A DNA stretch of 64,000 bases, taken from positions 1 through 64,000 of IMG/VR virus record IMGVR_UViG_3300036766_000876, one strand, 5' to 3'. Position numbers and translations under genes: made by a program. Within the stretch, counting starts at the first letter, position 1; each line of letters opens with the position of its first letter. Source of the DNA: a virus. A model generated the notes under the pieces. It was not told the origin of the DNA. It did not search any database and saw only the letters and a program-made list of their open reading frames with translations. Positions 1-9,513 of the stretch are shown here, piece by piece.

Positions 1-62
1 GGGCATCTGGTTCTCCGGAGGTAGCTGTCAAGCAAGGCGGTCGAGGAATACCACACTACGTT

Positions 63-1928
63 TCAAGGCACCCCAGCGTGCTTCTTGGCGAGGAGCTTCA
101 CGGTGGCGAGCACGCCCTTCTGCGAGAGCTTCTGCCCCTTGAGGAGCTTCTTGGCGAGCACCACCTTGGCGTCCTTGGTGGCCGCCTCATAGGCCGCTGC
201 GTGCTCGCTGGCAGGGACGCCGGCCTTCTTCAGGGCCGCCTTCGCCACCTCGTTCCACAGCTTCCGGTACGGAGGCGCCTTCCCGTGGAGCTCCTCCATC
301 TTGGCGACAGAACCAGGCGAGGGATGGATGCCCTCCTCGTGGAGCGCCTCTGCGGCCTCCTGGAAGCCGGCCTTCCACTCTGCGTCTCGCGCGGAGGTGT
401 GGCCCTCAGTCACCTTCGCGATGTGGACCTGATGCTTGAGCTCGCTCTTGACCTCCGCCTCGGAGAACTTCTTGCCGTGCGCGGCACGCTCTCCATGCGT
501 CTCAAGCTCGCCCTTCGTCGCCTGCATCGCCTTGTCCACGATCGCTTGCTCGGCCGGCGCGAGGTTCTTCTTGTTCGCCTGGTAGCCGAGCTCCTTCATG
601 GCCCAGCTCTTCCACTTGTCCTTGTAGGACTTCGCCGTGTACTGGCCCTGCTCGTTGGCGGGCGTCTTCCCAACAGCAGCCTCGACATGAGCAACGGAGG
701 TGGCCGTCGCTGCCGGCTCAAGGCCCGCGGACAGCTTCACTGGCGGAGGGGCGACCCACTCGGAGTTGTGGTACCCCGTTGACTGCGTGGGTTGGTTGGC
801 GTTGTCGGCCTTCCCTTTGAGCCACGTCTTCATCCCATCGGCGGAATTTGTCTTCGGGTCGAAGCTCGATGTCTTGGAGAACTCCGCCACGAACTTCTCG
901 ACGTGTTCATGCGTCCCTGTCAGCTCAACGGTTGCGGGGGAGGTCAGTGCTCGGCTCGTCCAGGGGGTTGTCACCTTTCCGCCAGCACCCTCGATGTGGG
1001 CCTTGAGTGCGGGGTCGCTCGACTTCACCTGGAACGAAATCGTGGGGAGGGGCTTGGAGGCCGGCTCCAGCTTCTTCCCCTCGCCACTGCCGGTGAGCCC
1101 CTTGGAGGCGAAGTACGCATGGATTTCGGAGCCAGCCTTCCCGGCGATGTTCTGCATTTTGACTTCGGTCGGGCCGGCGCACATGACGGAGTGCTCCTTC
1201 TCGCTGGGGTGGTTGTCCGCGAGCCCTGGGGAAGCCTTGTGCGTGAAGAGGATTGCTTCCTTCGGGACCTGCATCCGGAACACGACACCAGAGCCGCTTG
1301 CATGGCCGAAGCCCGCGGCGACTTCGTCTGAAGCGGAGAAGCAACTCAGGCTGTTGAAGTTCACCTCCAGCTTGGCGTCGTCGTAGTGGATACCTTGGTC
1401 CGCGAGAGCCTTGGCAAACTCAACCACAGCCTTCGCCTGAGGCCCCGTCACGCCCCGCGCTAGCTCCATCATCGCCGGCTCCTTCACGAGCGCCGCTTGG
1501 GTGATGGCGTAGGTGGCTGCAATCGTCTTCTTCCACTTTTCTGCTTGGTCCGCAGGAAGGTTGAACCCCTTCTTGACGTTGCTGGATGTGTCCGTACTGG
1601 AGGCGGCACCAGGGATGTCCTCCACCTCTCGCCCGAGGAGCTTTCCCAGCGCGCCTTGGAGCTGCGCTGCCAACGAGGACTTGCAGGAGCCCGCCCAGTC
1701 CTTGCTGATGAACTTCGCCAGGTCAGCGTCGCCACCAAGCGCAGCGACAGTCTGACTGAACGCGGACATGCTCACGTAGCTGCCGGGGTCGCTTGCGTCC
1801 CATCCCTTTTCCGTGAGCTGGTCGCGTACGGCATCAGGCTTCACCCAGTAGTTCTGGGTGAACGTCTTGCCAGCGCGTTCCACCTGCTTGGGGATTGGGA
1901 CGAGGGCCGCCCCTGTGCTCTTCGCCAT
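63..1928 (-). CDS. Putative ADP-ribosyltransferase (R-S-E clade) domain protein, possibly virion-associated
   Basis: ART motifs in order: ELARG (R), LSCFSASDEVAAGF (SxS), SEKEHSV (ExE). Lies just downstream of the MuF head gene. Confidence 0.6.
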   Translation of the reverse strand: MAKSTGAALVPIPKQVERAGKTFTQNYWVKPDAVRDQLTEKGWDASDPGSYVSMSAFSQTVAALGGDADLAKFISKDWAGSCKSSLAAQLQGALGKLLGREVEDIPGAASSTDTSSNVKKGFNLPADQAEKWKKTIAATYAITQAALVKEPAMMELARGVTGPQAKAVVEFAKALADQGIHYDDAKLEVNFNSLSCFSASDEVAAGFGHASGSGVVFRMQVPKEAILFTHKASPGLADNHPSEKEHSVMCAGPTEVKMQNIAGKAGSEIHAYFASKGLTGSGEGKKLEPASKPLPTISFQVKSSDPALKAHIEGAGGKVTTPWTSRALTSPATVELTGTHEHVEKFVAEFSKTSSFDPKTNSADGMKTWLKGKADNANQPTQSTGYHNSEWVAPPPVKLSAGLEPAATATSVAHVEAAVGKTPANEQGQYTAKSYKDKWKSWAMKELGYQANKKNLAPAEQAIVDKAMQATKGELETHGERAAHGKKFSEAEVKSELKHQVHIAKVTEGHTSARDAEWKAGFQEAAEALHEEGIHPSPGSVAKMEELHGKAPPYRKLWNEVAKAALKKAGVPASEHAAAYEAATKDAKVVLAKKLLKGQKLSQKGVLATVKLLAKKHAGVP

Positions 1929-1937
1929 GGGGGGTGC

Positions 1938-2147
1938 CTACTCCTCGACAGGCTTGGTTTCGCGGAGCTCGTGGAGCCAGTCGTCGTCCGAGAGGTCGAT
2001 GACACCGGGCCCTGGCTTCTTGACGGCTCCGATGGATGGGAAGAGTGCCGGCCCGCCGCGCCGCTTCTCAGCATCCGTGCGAGCGCCAGCACTCTCCTTG
2101 GCAGCCTTGGCCGCGAACGCCTTGAGCTGGTCCTTGGTCATGGCCAT
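1938..2147 (-). CDS. Hypothetical protein (69 aa)
   Basis: Fills the gap between MuF and ART genes; AAGGA Shine-Dalgarno upstream. Confidence 0.6.
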   Translation of the reverse strand: MAMTKDQLKAFAAKAAKESAGARTDAEKRRGGPALFPSIGAVKKPGPGVIDLSDDDWLHELRETKPVEE

Positions 2148-2183
2148 GTCGGTTGTCCTTGTACAACGAAATGGTGAGACTCG

Positions 2184-3143
2184 TCACCGCACCAGCCAGG
2201 CCCGCCGCCCGGCCTGGTAGCGCCAGCCAGGCACACCCCAGTCAGCCATCCACGGGGAGAGCACTGCACGATCGTTGGGCCTGTTGGGAGGGAAGTCCCA
2301 CGAGAGTCCGATGAGCCCCTGGTACACCTTCGTGCTGCCGTCCCCATCTGGGAACGGAGCCGGCCCGGAGGGCATGGTGAAGGCCTGCCCCGGGGACGCC
2401 ACCTGGCCGTGCATGCTGATGGAGTCCGTCGCCACCCTGTCGTCGAGGGGCTCACCCTCGTCGGAGCAGTTCTCCTCCCAGCGCATCATCAGCTCCGGAA
2501 TCTCGATGGAGCTCTCCGCCACGCCGTCGCGAGCGCTCTGGTTGAAGGCGTAGGCGAGCTCGGTGCGGACAATCCGTTCGCCCTGCCACCACTCCCCATC
2601 AATGGCCTTGGCAGTGTCGTCGTAGGCGTCGCTGAGGGAGCCGCCAGACAAGAGCGTGACGGCGAGCTTCTTCTCCACCTTCTGGACGACGTTGACGCCG
2701 TAGCGGTTCATGGATGCCTGGTGCATACGCATCAGGGAAGGCTCCCTGCCCTTCACCACGCCGGCCAGAGCTCCCGCTTCGTCGATGGGGAGCGTCACCT
2801 CACTGCCGGTGAAGTGCTTGGAGAGGCGCGCCACATCCCCGACGAGCCCCTTGAGCGCCACCTCCTGCGCGTTCTTCGAGAGGGGCTTCATGTCGCCCGC
2901 CAAGCGCTTCATCACCACGGCCTGGCCCTGGCGGAGCTGCATGAGGATGGCGCGCGCTTGGTGGGACGTGAAGCTGTCCTTGTGCCCACCCTTCACCTCT
3001 CGACGGATGCGCGCCAGGACGCTCGCCTGGGCCTCCTCGTAGACGCCCTTCATCTTCAACGCACCCTGGGCCTTGACGAGCTTCTCCAAGCGCAGGCGGT
3101 GCGTGTTGACCGCCTGCATGAAGGCCTTGGGCGTCTTCGCCAC
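2184..3143 (-). CDS. Head morphogenesis protein (MuF / SPP1 gp7 family)
   Basis: ERIVRTELAYAFN, DDRV...MHGQV and PPNRPNDRAVL motifs; near portal. Confidence 0.85.
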   Translation of the reverse strand: MAKTPKAFMQAVNTHRLRLEKLVKAQGALKMKGVYEEAQASVLARIRREVKGGHKDSFTSHQARAILMQLRQGQAVVMKRLAGDMKPLSKNAQEVALKGLVGDVARLSKHFTGSEVTLPIDEAGALAGVVKGREPSLMRMHQASMNRYGVNVVQKVEKKLAVTLLSGGSLSDAYDDTAKAIDGEWWQGERIVRTELAYAFNQSARDGVAESSIEIPELMMRWEENCSDEGEPLDDRVATDSISMHGQVASPGQAFTMPSGPAPFPDGDGSTKVYQGLIGLSWDFPPNRPNDRAVLSPWMADWGVPGWRYQAGRRAWLVR

Positions 3144-3146
3144 GGC

Positions 3147-3362
3147 TCAGCTCTTTTTCTGGATGCGCACGACGACGGCCTCTGGCCCGTCCTTGCCGTC
3201 GGGGTTCCAGAAGAACGCCGCGTCATGGCCGGCGAAGTCGGCCCCATCACGCTTCGTCGCCAGCGCGACGATGAGCCCGCGGAGCTCCTCTGCGCTGATG
3301 GGGTGGCGCTTGCCGGCCATCGCGGGATCGGACATCAAGGCTTCGGCTTCCTCGTTCGTCAT
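3147..3362 (-). CDS. Hypothetical protein
   Basis: Compact ORF within the operon. Confidence 0.55.
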   Translation of the reverse strand: MTNEEAEALMSDPAMAGKRHPISAEELRGLIVALATKRDGADFAGHDAAFFWNPDGKDGPEAVVVRIQKKS

Positions 3363-3392
3363 GGCTTCTTTCCGGCCCGTGTTGGGCCTCTG

Positions 3393-3650
3393 TTAGGCGG
3401 TGAGTAACACGAGCTTCGGCTCAGCTTCAGCAGGCTCTTCCTCAACCACGAGCGGGGCTGCCTCCGGAGGCTCTGGGAGCGCGTCGATGTCCACCTTCGT
3501 GACTGGCCACACCTGGCCACCCAACGACTCCCCGCGCAGCACTCGGCGGCAGCGAGCACTGTCTGGGCAGCCTGCCGCGGTGACATCAGGGGCGGAGAGG
3601 TCACACACCGGGCAGACGAGCCAGGGCTCGTGCCCGCCATGTCCCTTCAC
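3393..3650 (-). CDS. Hypothetical Cys-rich protein
   Basis: GTG start overlaps upstream TGA; CPVC...C...C. Confidence 0.45.
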   Translation of the reverse strand: MKGHGGHEPWLVCPVCDLSAPDVTAAGCPDSARCRRVLRGESLGGQVWPVTKVDIDALPEPPEAAPLVVEEEPAEAEPKLVLLTA

Positions 3651-4045
3651 GGAACGGCCACCACCAGCTTGTGGGTGGAGGAGAGGCCCATCTCCTCGAA
3701 CTCGACGACGAACCAGTCCTCCTTCTTGGCCGCCAGACGTTGGAGGCTCGTCTTGCACTGGTCGCAGGCGAAGAGGGACTGGACGTGGACCATCCGCCCG
3801 TACGCTGTAGGGAAGGACGGATCCTTCCCACCGAGCATCAGCACGAGCTGCATCAGCTCCCGTGGGTACTTCGCGCGGAACTCGTCGATGGGCGCGAGGA
3901 AGCGCGCCCGCATCGCCGGAGGGCCGCCGCACGTCGAGCACTCCATCCCCGAGTACATCGTCTTCCGGAAGTACTCGTCAGGGGTGCTGCGCCCACCATC
4001 GAACTTCTTGACGTGGACCGTCTTCGTCTTCTTCGCGTCGCTCAT
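3647..4045 (-). CDS. Hypothetical zinc-finger protein
   Basis: Starts MSDAKK after a promoter motif; CSTC and CDQC pairs. Confidence 0.6.
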   Translation of the reverse strand: MSDAKKTKTVHVKKFDGGRSTPDEYFRKTMYSGMECSTCGGPPAMRARFLAPIDEFRAKYPRELMQLVLMLGGKDPSFPTAYGRMVHVQSLFACDQCKTSLQRLAAKKEDWFVVEFEEMGLSSTHKLVVAVP

Positions 4046-4055
4046 GTTCCTCTTC

Positions 4056-4082
4056 CTTGCCCCGCTGTCCTGAATTTTTCCC
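4056..4082 (-). promoter_or_regulatory. GGGAAAA-N13-GGGCAAG phage promoter motif
   Basis: Exact match, 10 nt upstream of ATG 4045. Confidence 0.7.
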
Positions 4083-4315
4083 AGCGTGCCGCGCTGGACT
4101 TCGGCTCCGTGCCCCTCTGCGTGAGCCCCTTCGCAGCCACCTCCAACCTCCGCCACCTCACGAACTCCGTGTTGTACGCCGTCTGGCAGTCGGCGCGCAC
4201 GCACATCACGCGGCGGATGCTCCCCTTCGGAAGGAGCCGACAGCAAAACGCGCAGCGCCTGGGGCCGGCCTCCTCTTGAAACCTGCGGATGGCCGGACAC
4301 CGCGACAGCTTCAGC

Positions 4316-4540
4316 TCACCTGCCGGCGGTCGCGCCATGGAATGACGCCTCCGTCTTGAGCGCGTCGCCAATCTCTTGGAGGTGGACGATGCGCAACCGG
4401 ATGAGCGCAGCCCGGTCCTCAAGGGCAGCGGCCCGGTCCTCCAGCGCCGTCAGCCGCGCTGCCTCTGCCCGCTGGCCAACGCGGTAGCCGACACCGAGAC
4501 AAAGCACGGCCAGGGCCGCGCCTATGAACGCCTTGACCAT
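4316..4540 (-). CDS. Small membrane-anchored coiled-coil protein
   Basis: Hydrophobic N-terminus; ALEDRAA repeat. Confidence 0.55.
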   Translation of the reverse strand: MVKAFIGAALAVLCLGVGYRVGQRAEAARLTALEDRAAALEDRAALIRLRIVHLQEIGDALKTEASFHGATAGR

Positions 4541-4543
4541 GCG

Positions 4544-6427
4544 CTACTCCTGTGGGGCAGCGGGCAACAGAGCGCCCGGGGCCGCCTTGGGGTTGGGGTT
4601 CTCCGGCTGGTTGGCGGAGGCCATCTGTGCCATCAGGTCCGCCTGCTGCTGGGCCCCATTGGCGCGCACCTTCTCCACGAGGTCGTTCTTGTCCTCAGCC
4701 TTGAAGTACGCGGCCACGAAGCCAATGGCCGTCTCGTCGTCAATGAGCCCGCCCTGGAGGGCTGCGGCCGCGGCGGTGGCGGCAATCTGGACGTCCTGGA
4801 GGGACGGCTGGATGTAGTCCGGCCACTGGAGTTGGATGGTGCCGCCGGTCCCAAGCTCGCGCTCGACGGCCTGCATGACGCCGAGCTCATCCTTGACGTA
4901 CCTCGGGGGGAGCTGGACGACGCCGCGCGTCATGGTGGCAAACTGGTGGAGCATCCCGTCGTTGGCCTCCATACCTGGGGCCGCCGGAGCTCCCTGCGGA
5001 GCGGCAGGAGGCGTTCCGGGGCCGGGAGGAGTACCGCCGGCCGGAGCCTGAGCCTCCGCGCCCAAGGTTGCCCCGGGAGCAGCAATCGCAGCCTGGGGCA
5101 GGCCCTGGGGTGGGGGAGGTGCCTGAGGCAGTAGGCGGGGCTTCGAGAGCGCCTGAGCCGCTCGCCAAGCCATCTCCAGGACGGGGATGACGGCCTTCTG
5201 CCCGTACTGCTCCCGGTAGATGTCAGCCTTGCTGAACATCGACTGCATGTTCCGCTCGACCTCAGTGGCCGTCTTCCCACCGGAGACGGCCTGGTGCTCC
5301 AGCACGCACTGGGCGACCTCCAGCGCCATCCCGCGGAGCTGCTCAGCGAGCTCCAGGGCCGCCTTGGGGCCGGTGGCGGTGATTTCCAGGAACGAGGCAG
5401 AGCCATCCGGCACGCGGAGGGCCCTGTCCCGGCCCATCTGGACGTCGGCCAGCTCAGCCTTGGTGGTGAGGACGAGCTGTGGGTCGCAGTTGGCAATCAG
5501 CGCGCGCTGGGCCTGGGAGACGAGGGAGTCGATGGACGACACCATGTCGTAGACGGACTCCGGGCAATCCGGGTCCCCATCCACGTCGTCCTGCACGGGG
5601 ATGTTCTGCACCCAGACGATGGGGCAGAAGCCGAAGTTGTGGTCCGCCCGGCGCGCCTCCTGCCACTGGGGCTCCTCGCCGTCGTCAACCGGGGCCGGCT
5701 CGAAGAGGACGTCGCTGTTGGCGTCGATGATGCGGCGGTACCAGTACTCCTTCGTCTCCCACTTACCCGTCTCCGGGTCGCGCTCTTCCTTGGGGTAACG
5801 GTAGCGCTTCTCCAGCTTGATGAGCGTGGTGGAGCCGTGCTCGTCGAACTCGGGGAAGCACCAGCGCGGATCGTGCACCTCGATGGCCGGCTTGCCGTTG
5901 ACGAACTGGAAGCCGATGGCCGTGCTGCCCATGGACCCGCCGTACTGGCGCGCCTGAATCATCTGCTGCCAGATGCGCGTGGAGTCCGCCAAGGCGCGGA
6001 GCCAGTCCTCCGTCGCGGGGTCCCCATCCACCTTGATTTCCGGGTGCTGCCCCTCGCTGAAGAGGAGCCCCGTGAAGCGGTCCACGATGACCTTCACCAG
6101 AGCGTAGGGCGCGGTCGGCTTCCGGTACTTGAGCGGGAGGCTGGCCCCTGAGCCGTCAACGAAGCCGGGCGGCATGAAGCCCTGCGTAGAGATGACCTCG
6201 TCGTTGAAGGCGTCCGTGGCCTGCTTCCCGTCCCAGTCCACCTTCCGGTGCTTGTAGTGGGCGCAACGGTAGACGCTCCACAGGCGGTTGAGCTCCTGCT
6301 GGCGCTCGGACATCCCCAGGCGGGCAATGCGGTCCATGGCGGCTGCTCCGCGGTCCTTCCCGCCGAGCCCACCCTTCCCGGCGAGGACGCCGGCCATGCG
6401 ACTGAAGATTCCCTGTCCAGACGCCAT
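4544..6427 (-). CDS. Portal protein (SPP1-like)
   Basis: YALVKVIVDRFTGLLFSE and HNFGFCPIVWVQN motifs; upstream of MuF; Pro/Ala-rich insert. Confidence 0.8.
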   Translation of the reverse strand: MASGQGIFSRMAGVLAGKGGLGGKDRGAAAMDRIARLGMSERQQELNRLWSVYRCAHYKHRKVDWDGKQATDAFNDEVISTQGFMPPGFVDGSGASLPLKYRKPTAPYALVKVIVDRFTGLLFSEGQHPEIKVDGDPATEDWLRALADSTRIWQQMIQARQYGGSMGSTAIGFQFVNGKPAIEVHDPRWCFPEFDEHGSTTLIKLEKRYRYPKEERDPETGKWETKEYWYRRIIDANSDVLFEPAPVDDGEEPQWQEARRADHNFGFCPIVWVQNIPVQDDVDGDPDCPESVYDMVSSIDSLVSQAQRALIANCDPQLVLTTKAELADVQMGRDRALRVPDGSASFLEITATGPKAALELAEQLRGMALEVAQCVLEHQAVSGGKTATEVERNMQSMFSKADIYREQYGQKAVIPVLEMAWRAAQALSKPRLLPQAPPPPQGLPQAAIAAPGATLGAEAQAPAGGTPPGPGTPPAAPQGAPAAPGMEANDGMLHQFATMTRGVVQLPPRYVKDELGVMQAVERELGTGGTIQLQWPDYIQPSLQDVQIAATAAAAALQGGLIDDETAIGFVAAYFKAEDKNDLVEKVRANGAQQQADLMAQMASANQPENPNPKAAPGALLPAAPQE

Positions 6428-6437
6428 CTGTCAGCTC

Positions 6438-6992
6438 CTAGGTCCCGGCCGTGAAGTCCTGCGGCTCTGGTCGGTCGGCGTTGTATCGCATCCCGCGCGC
6501 CTTGGCCTTGGTGAGCTGCTTGCGCGCGACACTGCGCTTGAGGTTGGAGAGGTGGTCCACGAAGACGACTCCGTCCAGGTGGTCGAGCTCGTGCTGGAGC
6601 GAGTGCGCGAGCAGCCCGTCTCCCTCCACCTCGATGCGATTCCCCTCGACGTCCTGGGCCGCCACCTTCACCCACGTCGAACGCCGCACTTGCTCGACGA
6701 CTCCAGGGAGCGAGAGGCACCCCTCCTTGAGGAGCTGGCTCTCCCTGCGCTCCATGATGACGGGGTTGACGAGGGGCACCACCGAGCGGACGCCATTGCC
6801 GTCGATGACGAGGACCGTCACGAGCCGGATGGGCACGCCGAGTTGGGAGGCCGCGAGGCCAGCACCCTTCGCCTTGAGCATCGTGTCCTCCATGTCCTTG
6901 GCGAGCCGGCGGAGGCCCTCGTCGAACGAGGCGACGGGGCGGCAGTACTGCGCGAGGACAGCATGCGGCCAGATGAGAATCTCGCGGACCAT
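6438..6992 (-). CDS. def: Peptide deformylase
   Basis: All three PDF motifs: GAGLAASQLG, EGCLS, QHELDHLDG. Confidence 0.95.
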   Translation of the reverse strand: MVREILIWPHAVLAQYCRPVASFDEGLRRLAKDMEDTMLKAKGAGLAASQLGVPIRLVTVLVIDGNGVRSVVPLVNPVIMERRESQLLKEGCLSLPGVVEQVRRSTWVKVAAQDVEGNRIEVEGDGLLAHSLQHELDHLDGVVFVDHLSNLKRSVARKQLTKAKARGMRYNADRPEPQDFTAGT

Positions 6993-6995
6993 GTG

Positions 6996-7580
6996 TCAAA
7001 CCTTTCCGACCAGCGTGCGCCTGTCGATGCGGCGACGGAGGCCCCAGTACCAGATTCTGCGCTTCAAGCCGAACCACGTCCCACGCGCCCACCACGTCCA
7101 GAGGATGAACCACGCGAGGTGGAGCGCCGTGCCGCCGTTGAGGATGACGTGCCACTTGTCCGGCCAGCCGATGCCGATTTCATGGCCGTCCTCCAGGGCG
7201 GAGAAGACGTACAGGAGGCCCTTCCTGTTGGGGTCCGTCATCTCCGCGTACGACACCAACTTGCGCGTGCGTGGCTCGCGACCCGTTCCGTTCGTCGCGA
7301 CGTAGACCTTCGCGGCCGCCCCTGGAGGAGAGCGTTGCCCATCGCCGTGCTGGTCGTCCCCGAGGAGGTCCACCATCCCGTTCACCACGCCATTGTGCCA
7401 GCGGTGCCGCTTGAAGCGGGGCAAGCGCAGAGGCTTCAACAGCGGATGGAGCTCCTCCTGGATGCCGAGCCGCCGCCTGGCGTCCCACTGGGCGCTGCGA
7501 CTCTTGGCGACGCGGCCGATCCACAGGATGGCAAGGCAGGCGAGTGTCGCCGCGGCGTGGCCCCACCAGTAGGGACTCAC
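6996..7580 (-). CDS. Hypothetical membrane protein
   Basis: GTG start overlaps HU stop; N- and C-terminal hydrophobic segments. Confidence 0.5.
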   Translation of the reverse strand: MSPYWWGHAAATLACLAILWIGRVAKSRSAQWDARRRLGIQEELHPLLKPLRLPRFKRHRWHNGVVNGMVDLLGDDQHGDGQRSPPGAAAKVYVATNGTGREPRTRKLVSYAEMTDPNRKGLLYVFSALEDGHEIGIGWPDKWHVILNGGTALHLAWFILWTWWARGTWFGLKRRIWYWGLRRRIDRRTLVGKV

Positions 7581-7840
7581 CGCTTCGCGTCCCGCGCCGC
7601 GCGGAAGCCGACGAGGGTGTGGGCCGGGACACGAATGAGGTCCTTGCTCTTGATGTCCCGCACGTTGCGCGCCGCCCGGGACTTCCTGATGAAGACTCCG
7701 AAGCCCGGGACACCAACACGCCCGCCATGGAGCACGCTGTCCTTGATGTGCGTGAAGGCGCTCTCCAGGATGGCGCGCGTAGCCTTGATGGTGAGCTGCG
7801 AGTCCCGCGCTGTCTCGCGGATGAGCGTGTCCCACGTCAT
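7577..7840 (-). CDS. HU/IHF-family DNA-binding protein
   Basis: 87 aa; RVGVPGFGVF...RAARNVRD...IRVPAHTLVGFRAA. Confidence 0.9.
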   Translation of the reverse strand: MTWDTLIRETARDSQLTIKATRAILESAFTHIKDSVLHGGRVGVPGFGVFIRKSRAARNVRDIKSKDLIRVPAHTLVGFRAARDAKR

Positions 7841-8076
7841 GTGACCTCCTGGCCGGAAGCCGAGCAGCGCTGCCGGGTGTTGGGGCTCCTGTCGTGCCCT
7901 TGGATGGTGAGGGCTGACCGGTAGTCGAAGGGTGTCTCCGGCGTTACCTCCTCCCCCCACCGCCAGCGGGCGAGCTCCTTGCGCATCCACTGGACCTTCA
8001 CCCAGCGCCCGCAGCCAGGGCACTGGGTCAGGCCGGCGAGCGCCGTCGCTGCTACCCGGGCCTCGTGGTCGCTCAC
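7837..8076 (-). CDS. Hypothetical protein
   Basis: Translationally coupled ORF; CPGC...H...C. Confidence 0.5.
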   Translation of the reverse strand: MSDHEARVAATALAGLTQCPGCGRWVKVQWMRKELARWRWGEEVTPETPFDYRSALTIQGHDRSPNTRQRCSASGQEVT

Positions 8077-8591
8077 GGGAGCTTCACCACCTTCAGCCAA
8101 GCCTCGTAGGCCTCCTCAGCCTTCCGGATGCCGGCCGCCTCCCAGCCCGCGTGGTCGTACTGGACCTGCCCGTCGATGACGAGCTCGCACATGTGGGCCA
8201 TCTCGTGCGCGAGGGCGAGCATCGAGCGCCCCACGTCAACGACGTACCCGCCACGCTCAGGGTCCGTTCCCGCCTGTCCGGCCACCAGACGGCGGGAGAG
8301 GTCGCTCCAGGACTCCGACTCGCGGACGGACACACGGATGAGGTGCCCAACGAGGGCGAGGTTGGCCGCCGTGAAGCGGGTGTTGTTGATGAGTTCCGTC
8401 TCCGCGCGCTGGAGCCGCTTGACGATGAGGGCCGGCGGCACGTCCTTCGGAGCCATGTACATCGCGCCAGGGTAGTACCCGGGGAGCGGCTTCCACGGTG
8501 GGTACAGGGAGCGGAGCACCTTCCAGCCGACAACGAAGATGGCCGTCAGGGCGATGGCGAGGACCGGCCCGATGATGATCCAGGGGCTCAC
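8073..8591 (-). CDS. Membrane-anchored HExxH putative metallopeptidase
   Basis: N-terminal TM helix; LAHEMAH. Confidence 0.5.
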   Translation of the reverse strand: MSPWIIIGPVLAIALTAIFVVGWKVLRSLYPPWKPLPGYYPGAMYMAPKDVPPALIVKRLQRAETELINNTRFTAANLALVGHLIRVSVRESESWSDLSRRLVAGQAGTDPERGGYVVDVGRSMLALAHEMAHMCELVIDGQVQYDHAGWEAAGIRKAEEAYEAWLKVVKLP

Positions 8592-8929
8592 GGCAGCACC
8601 AGCTCGATGGCGGCGAGGGCTCGGCCCCGAAAATCGAACCACGTCTCGTTCCTGTTTGGGGGCTCCTTGAATGGCTGGAGTGCCTCACGCGCCAGCCTGA
8701 GCGCGTCCAGCACCGGGGAGCCGTCAGAGGCGAGGGCGGCACGCGCGATGCGCCCACCCTCTTCCTTGCTGCTCATGCTGTTCTGGCTGGAGAGCGAGAT
8801 GTGGTGCAGCGCAGACTCCAGCACCGCCACCCGCGCCTGGGCCTTGGCGATTTCCTCGCGCTGTCGCAGCGCCTTGGCGTTGCCTGCCTCTATCCACACC
8901 GCGTCCTCGGTCATTCCACGCACAGTCAC
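8588..8929 (-). CDS. Hypothetical protein
   Basis: Coupled ORF; MTEDAVWIEA-GNAK resembles the start of the 10218 ORF. Confidence 0.5.
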   Translation of the reverse strand: MTVRGMTEDAVWIEAGNAKALRQREEIAKAQARVAVLESALHHISLSSQNSMSSKEEGGRIARAALASDGSPVLDALRLAREALQPFKEPPNRNETWFDFRGRALAAIELVLP

Positions 8930-9201
8930 GGCTCCTCCAGAATCGCGAGGGCGTCGCCCAGGCCGCACTCGCACAAGTCTGGTTCGCAATCAGGCCCATG
9001 GTCCATTGCCCGGAATTGCTCCGTGACGCGCGTGAGCTTGTCCTGGGCCTTGGCGAGGTCGGCGCGGAGGGTGTCCATGATTCCCATCTCCGCCTCCAGC
9101 CGCCTGCACCCCTCGGCATAGGAATCCGGGACGAGATTTCGGCGCGCCTCCTCCGCATCGGCGCGCATGTCCGCCCAGGCATCACTGCGAGAGCCGCTCA
9201 T
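8926..9201 (-). CDS. Hypothetical protein
   Basis: ATGA coupling; coiled coil followed by H-C-C-C. Confidence 0.5.
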   Translation of the reverse strand: MSGSRSDAWADMRADAEEARRNLVPDSYAEGCRRLEAEMGIMDTLRADLAKAQDKLTRVTEQFRAMDHGPDCEPDLCECGLGDALAILEEP

Positions 9202-9482
9202 CGCTTGCCGCCCTTCTTCGCCTTCGCGCGCTCGGCTTCGAGTCGGTTGAGGGTTTCTACCGCAGACCCAAGCGAGCCGCCGTAATCTGGGGTGTTGGCG
9301 TACCAACGCATCGCCGCCTTCACGACTGCCCGCTCCGCGCGAGTGAGCCCCGCCTTGTTGAGGGCGTTGGCGATGGACGCGCCTCGGTCAAATGTGCCGA
9401 TACAGACAACCTGACCAGTGGCGTCAATGACGGTGCCGTGCCGCCTGTCAATATGCGCCGGCAGTTTGATTCGCGGGCTCAT
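9198..9482 (-). CDS. Hypothetical protein
   Basis: MSPRIKLP start with GGTGG SD-like site. Confidence 0.45.
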   Translation of the reverse strand: MSPRIKLPAHIDRRHGTVIDATGQVVCIGTFDRGASIANALNKAGLTRAERAVVKAAMRWYANTPDYGGSLGSAVETLNRLEAERAKAKKGGKR

Positions 9483-9513
9483 CGCGCCACCGCTGCGTCG
9501 AGTTCGGTGGGCT

